From Geosiphon pyriformis uo1 (taxonomy: Eukaryota > Fungi > Glomeromycota), in contig JAAOMT010000570.1 in NCBI GenBank assembly GCA_016748015.1, forward strand, positions 805,231 through 869,230: a stretch of 64,000 nt of DNA. Reading direction: 5' to 3'. A program made the translations under genes and the position numbers. Below the pieces are notes generated by a model. The model was given only the letters and a program-made list of their open reading frames with translations. It was not told the origin of the DNA and searched no databases. Numbering within the stretch: position 1 is the first letter of the stretch; the number at the start of each line of letters is the position of its first letter. This document shows, in pieces, positions 34,880 through 50,197 of the stretch.

Positions 34880-37800
34880 TTTTATTTTATTTTATTTAAC
34901 AAGTGAAGTCCAAACATGACCTAGTGCCATACATCATACAAATGATCTAAACTAGGAGCAAATCATGTGCTTTCTACATGTGACCAGCCACTTGGGCCAG
35001 TCAGAACTACACTATACACCTATACGCACAGAAACCAAATTCCCAATACCTGAAAAGAACAGACAAAACTTATGAAACCTGAAACCAACTCCAAAAGCCT
35101 CAGCCACACCTAGCAATTTAACTACACCAGCCGAAAAACCCATAAACAAACCAGAAACTGAAGTAGGGACGGAGCCATTATGCGAAACCAAACCATGCTT
35201 TTTCATAAATGCCCAGTGTCTGGTGTGGACCAATCAAATATTATCCCAAAATGCAAGACAGAACCCATGTACAAAATTCACAATTTTACTAGCCCCAACC
35301 TTAGAATCCCTAAAAACCAAAACAGACTCATAATATCAATTGTTGAAAACAAAGCCCTTATACAGAGCAGCACCAATCCCAACTTCGGAAGCACAGGTAG
35401 CCAACAGCTGTAAGACACACAAAAAAGACTGAAACAGACCAGAAAGAGTCTCCCAAGCCAAAACATGAACGTCCAACAATCAGGCACGACCAGTGGCATC
35501 ATGAAAACAAGAAAAAACATGATTTGAGATTTCAATATCACCACAATACAAACACACCACACTGGAGTACCTTCTATCATACAAACGCTTATGCACAGCA
35601 ACTGGGAGCCAACAATGAAGAGCTTTCATAAAGTAAGTCTAAAAGCCAGCTGTACACACACTAGTGGAACCAGCAGCCAAGTGAGAATTGGAGTGCCACA
35701 CCAGAGACGACAAGAACCAATTAATATCAGCACGCAAACCATCTGCCACAATCCAAAATCCAGACCCAACCTCTCAGCGAGCATAATGAACCAAACAGAA
35801 AACATCATGAACAAAGCGTCTAGAATTACCAGAAACTGCAGTACTATCTGCCTTCAGAAAATGTTTACTGACCAAATGAGGCAGGCACCAAGTAGAAGAA
35901 GTGGTTTCTTTAGCAAGTGCATTAGCATGCTCATTGCCTGAAATGCCTAAATGACCCCTAACTTTAATCCAATTCACTTCCAAATTTTTGCGATGAATGA
36001 CGTTAGCAATGTGATGACGCTCAATCCAACAATGGTTCCTAAAATCCAGATAAACCAACAAAGACTCTGACTTACACACATCTATAGCAGCCTGGCTGTC
36101 CAAAAACAAATCAACCGACCAAAAGGAGGGAACACACTCAAGAGCCAAAGCAATTGCCTGCAATTCTGTCAGAGTAGAAGAAACTAAACCAGACACCCCA
36201 ACACCCAAATCTGAGTTAATGTCTTCAAAAAAAACAGCAGCACCTGCTTTCATGTCAACAGTGCTCAGATCACTTAGAGACCCATCTGTATACACAGACA
36301 GGTGAGCAGTATCAATGGTCAGCAGAGTGTTGCAAACCACACCAAAACCATGAGACAAACGAACATCAGAACCAGCACAATCCTTCACAAAAAAGGGACA
36401 AATAGAAGAAGGAACAACACTACCAAAAAATTGAACAGAGAGATCAAACCACAAAGGAACTGGGCCACAAGGGTCCAGTCTCTTCCAATGCTTGAAGGTT
36501 CTCTAACTGAAAACATCTCCATTACAGTCACGAAGCTGTTCCACAAAAGCAATTCTATAATGCCTGAGTGAAAAAACACACTTGAAAAAATAACGTTTAC
36601 CGAGAACCAGAGACATAAGAGTACCATCTTGATGGCAAAAAACACAAATCAGAGAGCCACCCAAAGACAAATCATACCAGAAAAGATACGAACCACACCT
36701 GCCAAAAAATTATTCAAAGAACTGATACCAATGTGAGCCGGAAACAGCAAGAGATGATGAGGATGCCAGTTGAGAGCCTGGAAGTCATGAGACTTATGAG
36801 AAAACAAGCAATTCAAGACACCAGTAGAATTCGTAAAAGCAATGATGGAGACCAATTTACTCTCAGCCTGGATCTGTTCGAAAGTCTTTAAATTGTACAA
36901 AGAGAGGTGATGAAGCGCATCACTGGGGAAATCACGTGGCAACCCAGACTTAGATCTCAAGATCTTGCGTACCAGAGCATCTTATTTATTACAAACACCA
37001 ACAGAAATGAAACTGAACTGAGTCCTGTAGCTGATGATAGGGAAAAGAACTGCAGACACCAAATATGCACACTGTTTGTCCGAAACTGCCTTCTTTAAAA
37101 CAAGATTCACAAAAAACCGCACATCTGCCTGAGCTTTAGCTAAGCTAGGCTTCGAAAGACCTTCAGAAAACAAAAAGATACCAAGATAGTGATGAGATTC
37201 CCCCTTCTTGGCGATAGAAATGGGTGAGCCACTAATGGTTAAATGAGGGTCCATCACTTGGCAGTTGATAGGGATGACAACCGTCTTGTCATTATTTACA
37301 GAAATGTTATTGAACCTGAAAAATTCACTAGCAACATTAAAAATGTGTTGAGTAGCAGCCTGGCTGCTACCAACCCAAATAGTATCATCGACAAAAGCAC
37401 CAGCAGCAAGAAATGAAGTCAGTCCAGCTTGAGGATCTACTCAGCAGTTTTGGAAATAAAATGAGAATTTATTTTGTAACCACACACACTCTCCTATCTC
37501 TTGACCTCGCACAAAAGTGAATCATAAAAAATATGCCAGAGAAGGGGCGAGAAAACTTTTCTCTGATACAGCTCATCATGGACACAATACCCATTAGTCA
37601 AGCCAAAATCAGTCATCACTCTGTTGATGCAACCATTGTGAATACTGCCAAAAAATCTAATAAATCTGTCACATATCTTGATCTTGACCAGACTTCTCCT
37701 AAGATGTTCCCAACCAACTGAGTTATAAGCTTTGCATATGTCTTGTAAAACCAGCCAAAATTCACGGTTCTTTTCCAAGGCATCCTCAACCATAGAACTG

Positions 37801-40800
37801 ATAGCAAAAATGGGAGATTGTGTCGTCGTACCTTTCAAAACAGAAAAATTGTCTCCATGAAGAATCTCAAAAGTGCTGCAAGCCAATAAAATCCTATCTG
37901 AAAGGATCTTGAAAAAAATCTTGTGGGCCGTTTCAATTAAAGCTATAGAACGGGTGTTCATGAGAACTCCCTCCCATTCATATGGCTTAAGAATTATCGA
38001 AACCCAAGCTTTTCTCCATGGCCTAGGAACCAATTCACCAACTAAACAGAAATTCAAAAACACTAAAAGCAAATCCAAAACAGATTTGTCACAATGTTTC
38101 CACAATTTGTTGGAGATACCAGAAAAACCAGCCACTTTTCCATCAGAAAGATCTTTGACAACAGTCAACAATTCATCAAAACTAATCGAACACATAACAT
38201 TAGAGAAAGCACCATCGAACACATAATTCAGAGACTGATATTGGTGGGCCCAATCCTCAGAGATGTCAGATACCACCACACGCTTTCTAGTCTAACCCTC
38301 CATAATTTCATCTACCTTAGACTTAACCAAATCAGGCTCTAAAACCAACTCATCTTCTACAACCAGATGATTCAGAACCACCTTGCGAAAAGGACACTCC
38401 AAAACACTCCTAATGATGTGTCTCTTGTTCAGCTCGAAACTTTCCATTCTCTTACCAATAGCCTGCTTGATCGAGGATTCCTCAGTGCACTTGGATTCCA
38501 ATAATTTGAAAGAGTGGTACAATTTCCTTACTTTGGCCAGTACAGAACAAATAAGATTAAAATTAGAATCTGAAAGAAACAGAGACTTAACCACTAACAT
38601 ACCAGAGGAGTCGAGCTTGTGCCACACCTCCAACAAAGAAGCAAAACCATCACTAAAAGCCAAACACAAAGTTTTAACCAACTTAAAAACCAGCAGCTCC
38701 AGCTTGTGAAACCTAAAGGAAGTCTTGGTAAACATACTATCAAAACCTTTGAACCATTTTTTCTTAAATGTATCACCTGCCGAAGAAACCATGATCTTGT
38801 GAATAATGTCCCACATAGCATCCATATCTGAAAACCCCATTGTCACACCAAAAGCATCCGAGAACATAGAAGCATTAGCAGCCAAAGCATCTTTGAACTC
38901 CAATCACTTAGCTTCATTGGCACTCTTGATGTCAAACTTCCAATGATTTCTATTCACCTGCATGCGAAAAGAATTTAAGCGCATATCCAAAAGTCCACCC
39001 AAACCCAAAGACACTGAAACAGCTTGATGATCTGTGTCAAAATGCTTACTGACATTTAAAATCCCATGGTTTGCTATCGCATTGACCAGATTTGGGGAGA
39101 CAAACACATAATCAATTGTTTTTTTAACAGAATTTTCCCAAGTGGGCATTTTCGCAGTCGGGCTACTGACTAAAGAATTGACCAGACCCAAATCAAAGCA
39201 TTTTTTAAAACTTGCACTCTTATGAGAACCGTTTTCATTAAAATTATCCCCAAGAATAATGAAAGAAGATTTGTTAACAGCCTTCACAATAAGAGAGTTG
39301 ATCTTATCAGCCTGAGAAAACTGTACCACCAAAGAAGCACCAGCATAAAGCCCCAGAATTGACACTGAGAGCTTATTCTTGAAAAGTAATTTAATAGACA
39401 GAAGCCAGCCAGGCACTTCAGAAACCTTACACACATGCCTCACCAAAGAAGAGTCCATGACAACTATTACATCAGCACCCAGATATCCAGAATCCAAACC
39501 AGAGGTAAACACCTGAACACCATCAAACTTGTTGATAATCCAGGGATAAATCTTATTCTTCAATTTTGTCTCAGTAAAAATAGAAACCAGATTGCTCATG
39601 TCTTTGTGCCAATAAACTATATCATCCTGCTTTGCAGGAACATTCATGCCTTAAACATTACATGTAGCAAATTTCCAAACCAGACCACTCATTGGGATGA
39701 AGGCAGTAAAGAGAAACCTGAATTAGCACACAAGAGATCTAATCTCGCCAAAACAGAACTGACTGAAGCCTCCAGAGCTGACATTTTAGACTCCAAACCA
39801 CCCACCTTGGTAGTTAGAACCTTCGAACTACTCGAATTAAAGCCAGCACCTATATCAATACTTGGAGAATGGGGATTGGACGATGCCAATTCACTTTTCA
39901 GAGCCATGTCAGAATCCAAACCAGGGGCCAAAGGCACAGATCCAACCAAAAAAGAGGCACCAGAAGATGGAACCATGGGCACCAATTCAACAAAACTCAA
40001 TTTCCTCAAAACATCAGACACTTGGTCAGCCAACAACTTGAGAAAGCACTCCAAAGACACCAAGTAAGCATTCAAAGAAGAGTCAGCAATTGTAGAAAAA
40101 GGAGAACCACCACCTAAATCTGAGGTCATATGGTGAAAGAAATCAGCACCAAGACCAGAACCAGAAGGAGAGCCACCAGAAGGGGAAGCAAGAGAGACTA
40201 CCTGGGCTCATGATTTGCCACCAAAGGTAGCAGGGCGGGATATAAGAACATTTTTCTTTGTGTATAACTTGGCCAACTGGAGATAATCCACACCAGGAGC
40301 ATGCCTTTTATTAAAATTAATCAAAAGATCAGAAGATGACAAATCTGATGCATCGCACTCTAAAGCCGAATGTCCAAGACACCCACATTTTCCACACCAA
40401 ACCAAATCCAGTCTAGCCCAAGAAAGACAAACACCACCAAAAACAGACTCCATAAGAAAAACAGAATTCAGATCATTCTCGGATTCGAAGCCAACCACAG
40501 CACAATGAACCCTATTGCCAGTGTTCAATAAATGATTAATGATACAAGTTCTGCCACTAGTTTTATCCAAAAGATTACTAAGATTATGCGCTGTTGTTCT
40601 CACTGGCAACGTAAACAGAAGCACCCTAAAATGATTCCTAGAGGCCCAGATATTGCAATCTCCCACAGCTTTCGCCACACGCACAGAGTCTTTCCCAATT
40701 AAGAAAAACCATTTTGAAGCCAATTGCTCTGCCTGTCCCAATTTGGCAAATTCCACCACAGCCTTCTGCCACATTCCGACTAGCTAAATTTTGATTGATT

Positions 40801-41680
40801 TGATATCCCCAAATTCAGACACTGCGGTGATGATCATTTCCTTTGGTGTATCCATGGAAATTTTTTTGATGACTATGGCTCGATCTGAGTGAACTCTTTG
40901 TCTCTTAAGATCGCTGTTTATGACGATCCCTTTCTTTTTGGTTAATGATGCAGCTTTTTTCATGCTCTTTTTAGATGTAAACATCAATCAGATGATCCCT
41001 TCAAATTTTGAGGAGGTAGTGGCCCCCCCAAAATCATTAATTTCTGAAAATAATTTCCTTATGACCTGAGTTTTGGCTGTTGCCGATTTCTCTTCTACAG
41101 CCGAAAGATTAATGTCCAAAGCAAATGATTTTTTCACAGTGACTTCCACTTGAGTTTTAATGATTTTGGGATCTACTCACACCTTATCCAAAGAGAAAAA
41201 CTTATGGAGGGGAAGGGAAACTTCCTTTTCTTCCTCTATGTCATAATTAATAGAGCCGAGAGGGGAGCCAACAGTCACACCATTATTGAAATGCTTGGCT
41301 TGAGGCATATTCATCCTGGAATCAGGTACTTCTTCACCTTCGGAAGCTTCTCCATCAGTATCCATGCCATTAAACTGCCTGACCACACAACCAGACTCAC
41401 CACTTTCGAGAGTTGCACCACTACTTGAAAGCTTGGTACCACTAGGGAGTTTCTTAATTTTATGACCTGAACTATCACCAACTGAACCAGTGGTCAAAAC
41501 TCTGGCTGACCTTTTCTTAACACTAGAGCCACTCATAGTGGCAGCTGGACCGACAATGAAAGGGTTTGTTTCTTGTGAAATGGTGGAAGACAGTATATAA
41601 AAAAACAGAAAAACTTCTTTCAAAATTTTGACTCTTTTTCAGGAATTTGGAATGAAGGAGAGAAAGAAGTCTTTTTTAAT
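34880..41680 (-). mobile_element. LINE-c: full-length, least decayed non-LTR retrotransposon (ORF1 about 41536-39689; ORF2 39692-35012), tail-to-tail with LINE-b
   Basis: ORF1 knuckle CGKCGCLGHSALEC; APE (ETK, LGDNFN, TIDYVF, TDH); RT (LQDICKAYNSV, AFVDD near 37390); RNase H (VYTDGSL, TELQAI, DSQAAI, VRGHLGISGNEHANALAK); shared 3' UTR at 34890-35005. Confidence 0.93.
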
Positions 41681-41729
41681 ATTATAAAAGAATTAAATAC
41701 TTTGTATTTAATTAATATTATTTTAATAA

Positions 41730-41860
41730 ATTTTTTTTGTTTATTTATAAGTAATATTTAATTACTATCTAATACAATACAATTATCTAAAGTTCTAAAT
41801 TTAATGTAATTTATACACTTGTTATATATAACCAGCCATCTAGTTAATTAAGATAATTTA
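41730..41860 (-). mobile_element. Isolated decayed LINE-family 3' tail with poly(A)
   Basis: The reverse complement (GATGGCTGGTTATATATAACAAGTGTATAA...TAGATAGTAATTAAATATTACTTATAAATAAACAAAAAAAA) aligns to the other LINE tails. Confidence 0.65.
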
Positions 41861-41876
41861 TTTAATTTTATTATTT

Positions 41877-42228
41877 TAATTTTATATTTATAATAAATAT
41901 ATGTTTTTTAATAATTTATTTAATTTTATTAAATTAATTTTATATTTATAATAAATATATGTTTTTTAATAATTTATTTAATTTTATTAAATTAATTTTA
42001 TATTTATAATAAATATATGTTTTTTAATAATTTATTTAATTTTATTAAATTAATTTTATATTTATAATAAATATATGTTTTTTAATAATTTATTTAATTT
42101 TATTAAATTAATTTTATATTTATAATAAATATATGTTTTTTAATAATTTATTTAATTTTATTAAATTAATTTTATATTTATAATAAATATATGTTTTTTA
42201 ATAATTTATTTAATTTTATTAAATTAAA
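41877..42228. repeat. 58-bp tandem repeat, about 6 essentially identical AT-rich copies
   Basis: TATATTTATAATAAATATATGTTTTTTAATAATTTATTTAATTTTATTAAATTAATTT recurs every 58 bp (41883, 41941, ...). Confidence 0.92.
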
Positions 42229-42239
42229 AATACATTAAA

Positions 42240-45200
42240 GCAAACTGCTATTTAAAAATAAATTACTAATAATTAGAAAATTAATATCAAAACTCTGATT
42301 ACTGATTTCAAACCCAAATTACATTAATAATTTGTCAAAATCACGAAAATAAGAAAAATTAATAATATGAATAAACAATACCAACTTTAATACATCCAAA
42401 TAACATATTAACTAACATATGTATTTTCAACATATCAAAGTCTAGTATTTGTAATTTATTAATTACTTCAATCTTAAATAATATATTAATCTCAACTAAT
42501 TCAAACACCATTCCAAAATACTGTGCCAATACAAACAAAAGTCAAAGACCAAAAATCACTTATATTTAACAAAATTGAAGATTGGCAATAGTTATGTACC
42601 AACCAATCTTTAGTTCATTAAACTAGCCATCAGAATTATATTCAAAAAATTCAGAAAATAAATATATTTAAAACCCAAATTTTCAAAACTATTTAAGTCT
42701 CTTGGTAACTTCAGAAATTGTTACATTCAACTCATTAAAAACCAACCAAAAACTACCTACCAACAACTATTACTGAAAACAAATTATTCACTACTATATT
42801 TCTAATCAAATTAGAAAAAAAAACCAAAAAACTCCTATTTAGTAAAGCTATTTTTAACACCAAATTAATTATTACAATATATACTGATGCCAAAATTAAT
42901 GACTAATTTATTAAACTAATTCTTAATAATGGTTTAGCAAACAGTATTATTATATAACAATTTATGAACCAATTAAGTTATTAAGTTAATTAAGCTATTA
43001 GTATTAGAATTATTACTGTTAATAAAGCAACCAAGATTTCCATTAATGAGATTAATAACTTCTTATTTAAAATTAATAGTATTATTACATCTATTAAAAT
43101 TCTGATAATAAAAGTTACTTAGAATCAAGCTCTCATTAATAACAACTGGTTGTTTAAAACCAATATCATATTTAATTAGAACACTTAAGAGCTTTAATTA
43201 ATATTTAATGATTAACATACTTGAGTACTTGTTATCTATAATTACTTTAAAGCTTTTTTAAAAAAGCAATCATTGATTAAATTAGAAAAAAAAACCTATT
43301 TGAGAAGCCTATTAAGTTTTATGGACTAAAGACAAACACAATAAATTACTACTAATACTTATTTAAGACAACAAAAGAAAAAAAAAAAACTTTAAGTTAC
43401 TACTATTACAAAAACAACAACTAATAGTTAGAATATTTTATACTTGATATTAGTACTAAGAAAACATTCATTCTATATTTTATTTAAATACATAGATTAC
43501 AATAAAAAGCTTTTATTTATAAGAGCTTGGATTTTGTCTAAAAAAAAATATAAAATATGTATCTGTTATTATTGCAAAGCATACTACTAAAAACACTTTA
43601 GATATCTAAAATAACAGAAAAAATGAGACAAAAAATCTTGTTTAGTTTGTAAAGAAACTTTACTTAATAAAGAAATATAAAATAATATTTTTGGTTAAAA
43701 AAGAATATATAACACATTATGCCAATACACAATTCTTATTAGCAACTGGGTAAGCAGAAAAATATTTTTTAATGCTATATAAAACAAAGTTTTTTTATGT
43801 TTGGATAATTACTTATATGATAAAAATGAAATCTAGTAAATGACAAATGCCAAAATTAAAGATATTTTACTTAGTAAGATATTGGCAATCAAAAACAACC
43901 CATCAGAACTCATTAAAACTGTTTTTATTCTAAACTCAAATATTTTTGTTGATATTATAAACAATTTAAAACAATTTTACAAACACTACCAAAATTTAGC
44001 ACTTACTAAAGAAGAACAAGAACAGTATTTAGAACAATTAAATATTAAATTCTGTAAACATTATTTAATTTTTAATAACTTCAAATATTGTGATGATTGT
44101 GATTTTATTTACAATTTACTATTGTGCATAATCTATTCAATTTCCAAAGAAAAAAAACCAATTAGTAGTTGCACTTCAGAATTAAAATTGAAATGTAATT
44201 TCAATTTAAACTTTAACAATAACAACAACAGTTTCAATATTATTTATAATAACAACAACAATAATAATAATAATTTAAACTTTGATAAAAACCCTAAACA
44301 ATATATTGTGCTTCCTAATTTTTAAATAAAACAGAAATTTAAATAGTTTAACAATAACAACAAAAGTATCATGTCAGAATACATATATAATATTAATGCA
44401 AAGTTTAATTTTAGATATTCTGAAAAAACTGTTATTAAATTAAAAACTTTATTTATGTATTAGCATAGATTTAAAATTAGCACTAAAAATTTTAATAACA
44501 ACAATAATATAATTAGTATTTTGATTTAATTTAGTAAAAAAAAAGATTAATATTAGAAAAAAAACAATTAATGCAAAATATATAAAAAATATTATTGCAA
44601 TGCTACAAAATAAGTCGAAAAAAACATATACAATTAAACCAAATAAAAAAATAGCATAAATAATATTCTTACTTTTAATAAAAATAGCTCAATTAATATT
44701 AGTAAGAATAAAAAAAAATTAGAAATAACAGCAAAAGAAATAAATAAATTTGAATTTATAAGTAAAACAAAAATACCAGTTAATATGATAAAAAAAAACA
44801 ATCAATTAGGAAAAAATTATTTCTACCAATCAATTAATTTTTATCTTATTATATAACCAGTATATATTAATTATTAAAAAGAAAATAAAGAATCAACTCC
44901 AGATTTTTGAAGTAGATTTTATCATTTGTAAGTTAGAAGAAATTGCTATTACTAATTTCTATATACTAATCAAAAACCATAAACACATTAAGATTCCAAT
45001 ACACAACACAACTAAAGATTCAGTAGAAATACCAAATGAAATCATCATTGAATACTTAAATATTAAAGTTAAAAATTAAGCACCAATCATTATTCCAGAT
45101 TTTTTACAATTTTGTGAATATATAAATATTATATCACAGATTATCTATAAGTAAGAAGAATACTATTTGCTATAACCAGAACAATTGGAATAAATAAACT

Positions 45201-48200
45201 TAAAAATTTTAAATTTATTCTAATAAATACAATTCAAACTGCTACTTAACAATTTCACTGACATTTTTGTAAGTAAAAACAAATTTGGCAGAACTAACAT
45301 CATTTAGCACCAGATTAAAACTAGAGATATAATGTCAATTAAACAAAAAGTATATTGAGTATTACTTGCCAGTATTTTTTATAGAAATTTAGAAATTCTT
45401 AATAAGGATATAAAGTAGCCAATTAGAAATAAATATAGTAAAAGAGAAATTACAAGATTCCAGAAATTTCAGAATTTCTGGCTAGAAGAATTAAAAAAAT
45501 CTAAGGAATCTTATATAACATAAATTATATATATATAGTAAGAATGTTAAAAGCAGAAAAAGCAATTCCTAGAGAATTTAATAAAGTTTATATTAATTTA
45601 AAACAATATCTTTTCCTTCAAAAAATAGTTTTTTATAACTTAAAGTAAAATCATTTCCATATTAATAAAATTATCCATTATTATTGAATTCATGTTATTA
45701 TCACTTGATTAAGAATATTAATTACTTTTCACTCTATTAACACTCTATATTAATAAAATCCAATACTTAATTATATTAAACCAATAGTTCTTAATTATGA
45801 CTATTGACAAAATACTAATTTTTTATTTTTTTTATTTTTATTTTATTTATTTTATTTTTTTTTGTTTTGTTATTGCTTACTAACTGATTAAAAAATTAAC
45901 ACACAAAGTTATTAATGTCAAAAAAAACTGGTAAAAGACCCAGAAATAAGAGTAGAAACTCGAAATTTGAAGATAGCTTATCAAAAAAAATTAATTATTA
46001 AGTTAAGAAAAAAATTCAGAGAATACACTTTTAGAAAAGTATTGAAACAACCATTAAATCTTTGTCTATTATACAAAAGACTTAACCAAAACCTTCAGAT
46101 AACCAAAACCTTCAGATCACAAAAACCTTCAGATATTAGCAACAACTACCAGCTATTAAGCACCAAGTTACAGGTTTGTTATTTGTATTAATATCTCAAA
46201 TAATTATCTATAACACCAGCCATAAAATTATTCATCAAAAAATCAACTGTATGTTTGACAATAGGTTAATTCAATTATTAATAAGTTTATAATTATTATT
46301 AGTAGTATTTATTTAAAAAAAAAATAGAAAAATTCACTTTTGTGTAAATTATAGAAAACTTAACAATATTACTTATAAAAACAGTTATTTAATTCCACAG
46401 ATTCAAAAACTATTTAAAGCTTTTGAAAAAAAAATAGTTTTTCACATTGAACTTAGACAGTGATTACTAATAAGTAGTTATAAATCTGGTTAATAAAAAG
46501 AAAATAGCATTTATCATAAGAGAAAAAAATTTTGAATTCAATATTATGTCTTTTGGCTTAATCAATGTTTTAGCTACTTTCTAATAGTTAATAAATATTG
46601 TTTATATGGAACTATTATAGAAATTAGTAGTAGTTTATTTAGATAACACCAATGTATTCTCTAAAACATTTGATAACTATCTTTATTATTTTTAATAAGT
46701 GTTTAAATAATTAAAAAAGTCAAATTGAAATTAAATATCATTAAGTGTTTCTTTAGAAAAACTAAACTTAAGTTTTTAGAACATATTATAAGCAAAAATG
46801 GCATTAAAACAGATCCACATAAAATTAAGATAGCTAAAAACTTTCTAGTACCAACAAACTTAACAGAATTAAAAACATTTTTGGGATTTATTGGATATTA
46901 CTGTTGCTTTATTCAAAACTTTTTCAAACTGGCTTAATTATTACACCAGTTCTAAGCAAAAAACACCAAATATAAATGAACTGAAAAACAACAAAAAACT
47001 TTTAATATATTAAAAAAAAAGCTTATTCAAGCTTTAATATTAATTTATTCAAATTACAGCAAGCTATTTATTATTACTATGAATGTATTAAGTCAAACAT
47101 TAAAAGCTGTACTATCACAAAAAAAATCAAATAAATAAAAATATCTAATAATATATGTCAGCTAAAGTTTAAGTTCAGCTAAAAAAAACTATAAAACTTC
47201 AACACTAAAATGTTTAATTATCTATTGAACTGTCATTAAATAGAAAAAATACTTAAATTAGAAGTTTGATGTATATACTAATTACAAAAAATTAACATTA
47301 ATTCAAAAATATAACAAAAAATAAATACACAAAAATATTAACAATTTTAACATTATATAAATACTCAACAGTTCAAGAAAAAATTATTTTAAAAAAACAC
47401 AAAACAATATAAAACAACAATTAAAATATTTTATTATTTACCAAAATATACTATATTGAAAAACAGAAAAGATTCAGACTGACTATTTAGAATAATTACA
47501 AAACCAGAAAAAAAAACAATACTGTTCAACATACATTCAAATTCAATTGCAGAACATTTTTATAAAAAAACAATTATAGAAAAAACCAGAAAAAGATATT
47601 ATTAGTTATTAATATATCTAAATATTATCTAATATGTTCAAAATTGTGATACTTGCCAAAAAAAAAAGGAATAAAATCTAGTAAACTACTAAGACCAATT
47701 AAAATAAAACAACTATTTGATTAAATTGGAATTGATTTAGTTAAACCATTAATAATAATTAGCAAAGACAATTAATACATAGTAGTAGTTATAAATTATC
47801 TTACAAAATAATCAGAAGCTAAAGTCATTCAAAGAACAGATGCAGAATTTATAGCTGAATTTATATACCAAGATCTAATTTGTCAATATAAATGTTCAAA
47901 AAAATTGTTATCAAACTAAAAAACTTATTTTGTAAACAAAACATTGACAGAATTAAGTTAAAAATTTAGAATTAAAAGATTATTATTATCTCCATATTAT
48001 TTACAAACAAATAACTTAGTCAAAAAATTTAATAAAACATTATGCAAAGTAATAGCTAAAATCAGTTAAAAAAACCAGAATAAATGGAATTTGTTTATAT
48101 CATCAGTATTATTTGCTTATTAGACAATAAAGCAAAATACTACACAAGCAATATTATTTAAATTAGTTTATAGTAGAACAGCAATATTATCAGTTGAGAT

Positions 48201-50197
48201 AAATATCAATATATATCCAATAAAACTAATAACAGAAACCAACTTTCAAAAAATATTGCTGAAAAAAACATATAACTTAATAGAAACTTTAGAAAACAAA
48301 AAATGAAAAGCAGCTAGTAATATACAAAAGTCACAAAAAAAACAAAAAAAATAATATAACAACCAATTACCAAATAAACTGGTCAAATTCAAGATTGAAA
48401 ATAAAGTACTCTTATATTATATTAAAGTAAAAAAACAATAAAGTAGAAAGTTTGATTCCAAATAAAATAGTCTATTTTACATTAAAAAAATTCTAGAAAA
48501 TAGAGCTTATAAATTAAAATAAAACAAAAAAATTTTAACCAAAACAGCATATAGTGATTAATTAAAACCATATTATATTATAATATTATTATTTATTAGT
48601 AATATTCTACAATTGAAAATACAAAAAATACTAGTCAAACCAAATAAGATTCTATGAAATTTGAAACCAATTATAATTATCAAAAAAAACACAAAAAATA
48701 GATCAAGATAAAAGTATATAAAAACACAATATACATAACAAAAACAACAATAAAAAAATAGAAATTCCAGACTACATTCACACAATAACACAACAATTGT
48801 TCTAAGCCATAAATCAACAACAATTGAACATAAAAATTATTATTAATTATTAAATAATTTATTATAAAAACACAAAAAAGAAAAAAAAACCAAAAATCAC
48901 CTCATATTAGTAATTACAAAATCAAACAAAATATTAATTAGATAAGATCATAGGAAAAATACCAATTACTGTTTTAATAAAAAAACTAATTAAAAAAAAC
49001 TGAAAGCTATAGAAAAACAACTTCCAATAGCATACTGTTACTATTAATTAGGATAAAAGCTGAATATTCAAAAATTGTATACTAATAAATCCAAAAAAAT
49101 GTTCAATTAAGAAATAATACAACAGATTAAAAAATTTATTGGAAAAAAAACAAGTTTTATACTATATGTTAAGACAATTTATTGACTATATACTGTATTT
49201 TAAGACTATTTAGAAATACTACTATATTCGAAAATGAAAACAATAACTGTTAATTAATAAAAAAAATAACCAATTCTTAATTTAAAAACATAAAAACCAG
49301 ATTTAAACAAACAATATTAAAAAATAATAATAGACTTAATTCAAAATAAAAATTTTAATAAAGCTTAATATTAAAAAAAAAATAATGTTATTTATAGAAA
49401 AAGAAGTACCAGAAAAAAATAAAAAAAAATAAAATATAAAATAGACCAATAAGAAAATAGTACTTAATGAATAAACACATTTTTAGGAAATTATAGCACA
49501 TTTCCAAGAATAAGCACATTTTTAAGAAATAGTGTAAAAAAAGAGTAGAAATATGTAAAATCTTATATAATACAAATTATGTATATATAATAAGATATTA
49601 AAAGCAAAAAAAACAGAACAATAGTTAAAAATAAGAAATTATTAAATACTACTTCCTTTAAAAGATAGTTTTTTATAACTTGAAGTAAAATTATATCTAT
49701 ATTAATAAATATATTCATTACTATCTAATTATGTTATTATTGCTTGATTAAGAATTTTTATTATTTTCACACTATTAACAATTTATGTCAATAAAATTCA
49801 ATATTTAATTATATTAGAACAATAGCTTTTGATTATGTTTATTAATGGAATACTAATTTATTTATTTATTTTTTGTTGTATACTAATTGATTAAAAGAAT
49901 TAAATATTGAATAATTAATGTCAAGAATAGTCTGGTAAAAGATTCATAAAACAAAGGATAGAAAACTTAAAGATAGCTTACCAAAAGAGCACAACTGCCA
50001 AACTAAACTAGCCATTATACTAAAGAAAAAAACATATATAAAAGAAACTATTATTAAAATCTTTGTTTATTATACAAAAAACTCAACCAAATCCTTTAGA
50101 TATTAAAATCTTTAAAAATTATTATTATTAACAGCTATTGAGCACCAAGTTATGAGTTTGTTATTTGTTTCAACATTTTAAATAATTATCTGTAATA
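42240..50197 (+). mobile_element. Old 5'-truncated Ty3/Gypsy element: protease (about 42870-43200), Cys-rich region, dUTPase (about 44370-44770), RT (about 45250-46800), RNase H, integrase (about 47500-48580), ORF3 remnant, 3' LTR 49386-50197
   Basis: Colinear with element Z (IKLILNNGLANSII for LILDSGSAGSII; VYLDNTN for VYLDDTN; IGIDLV; INYLTK*SEA). The LTR belongs to the element B family. Confidence 0.85.
45373..46215 (+). repeat. Solo LTR (element B family) inserted at the start of the RT region
   Basis: Ends CTATAACA; flanked by CCAG (45369-45372 / 46216-46219); the RT frame (..LAS|HKII..) joins across it. Confidence 0.82.
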
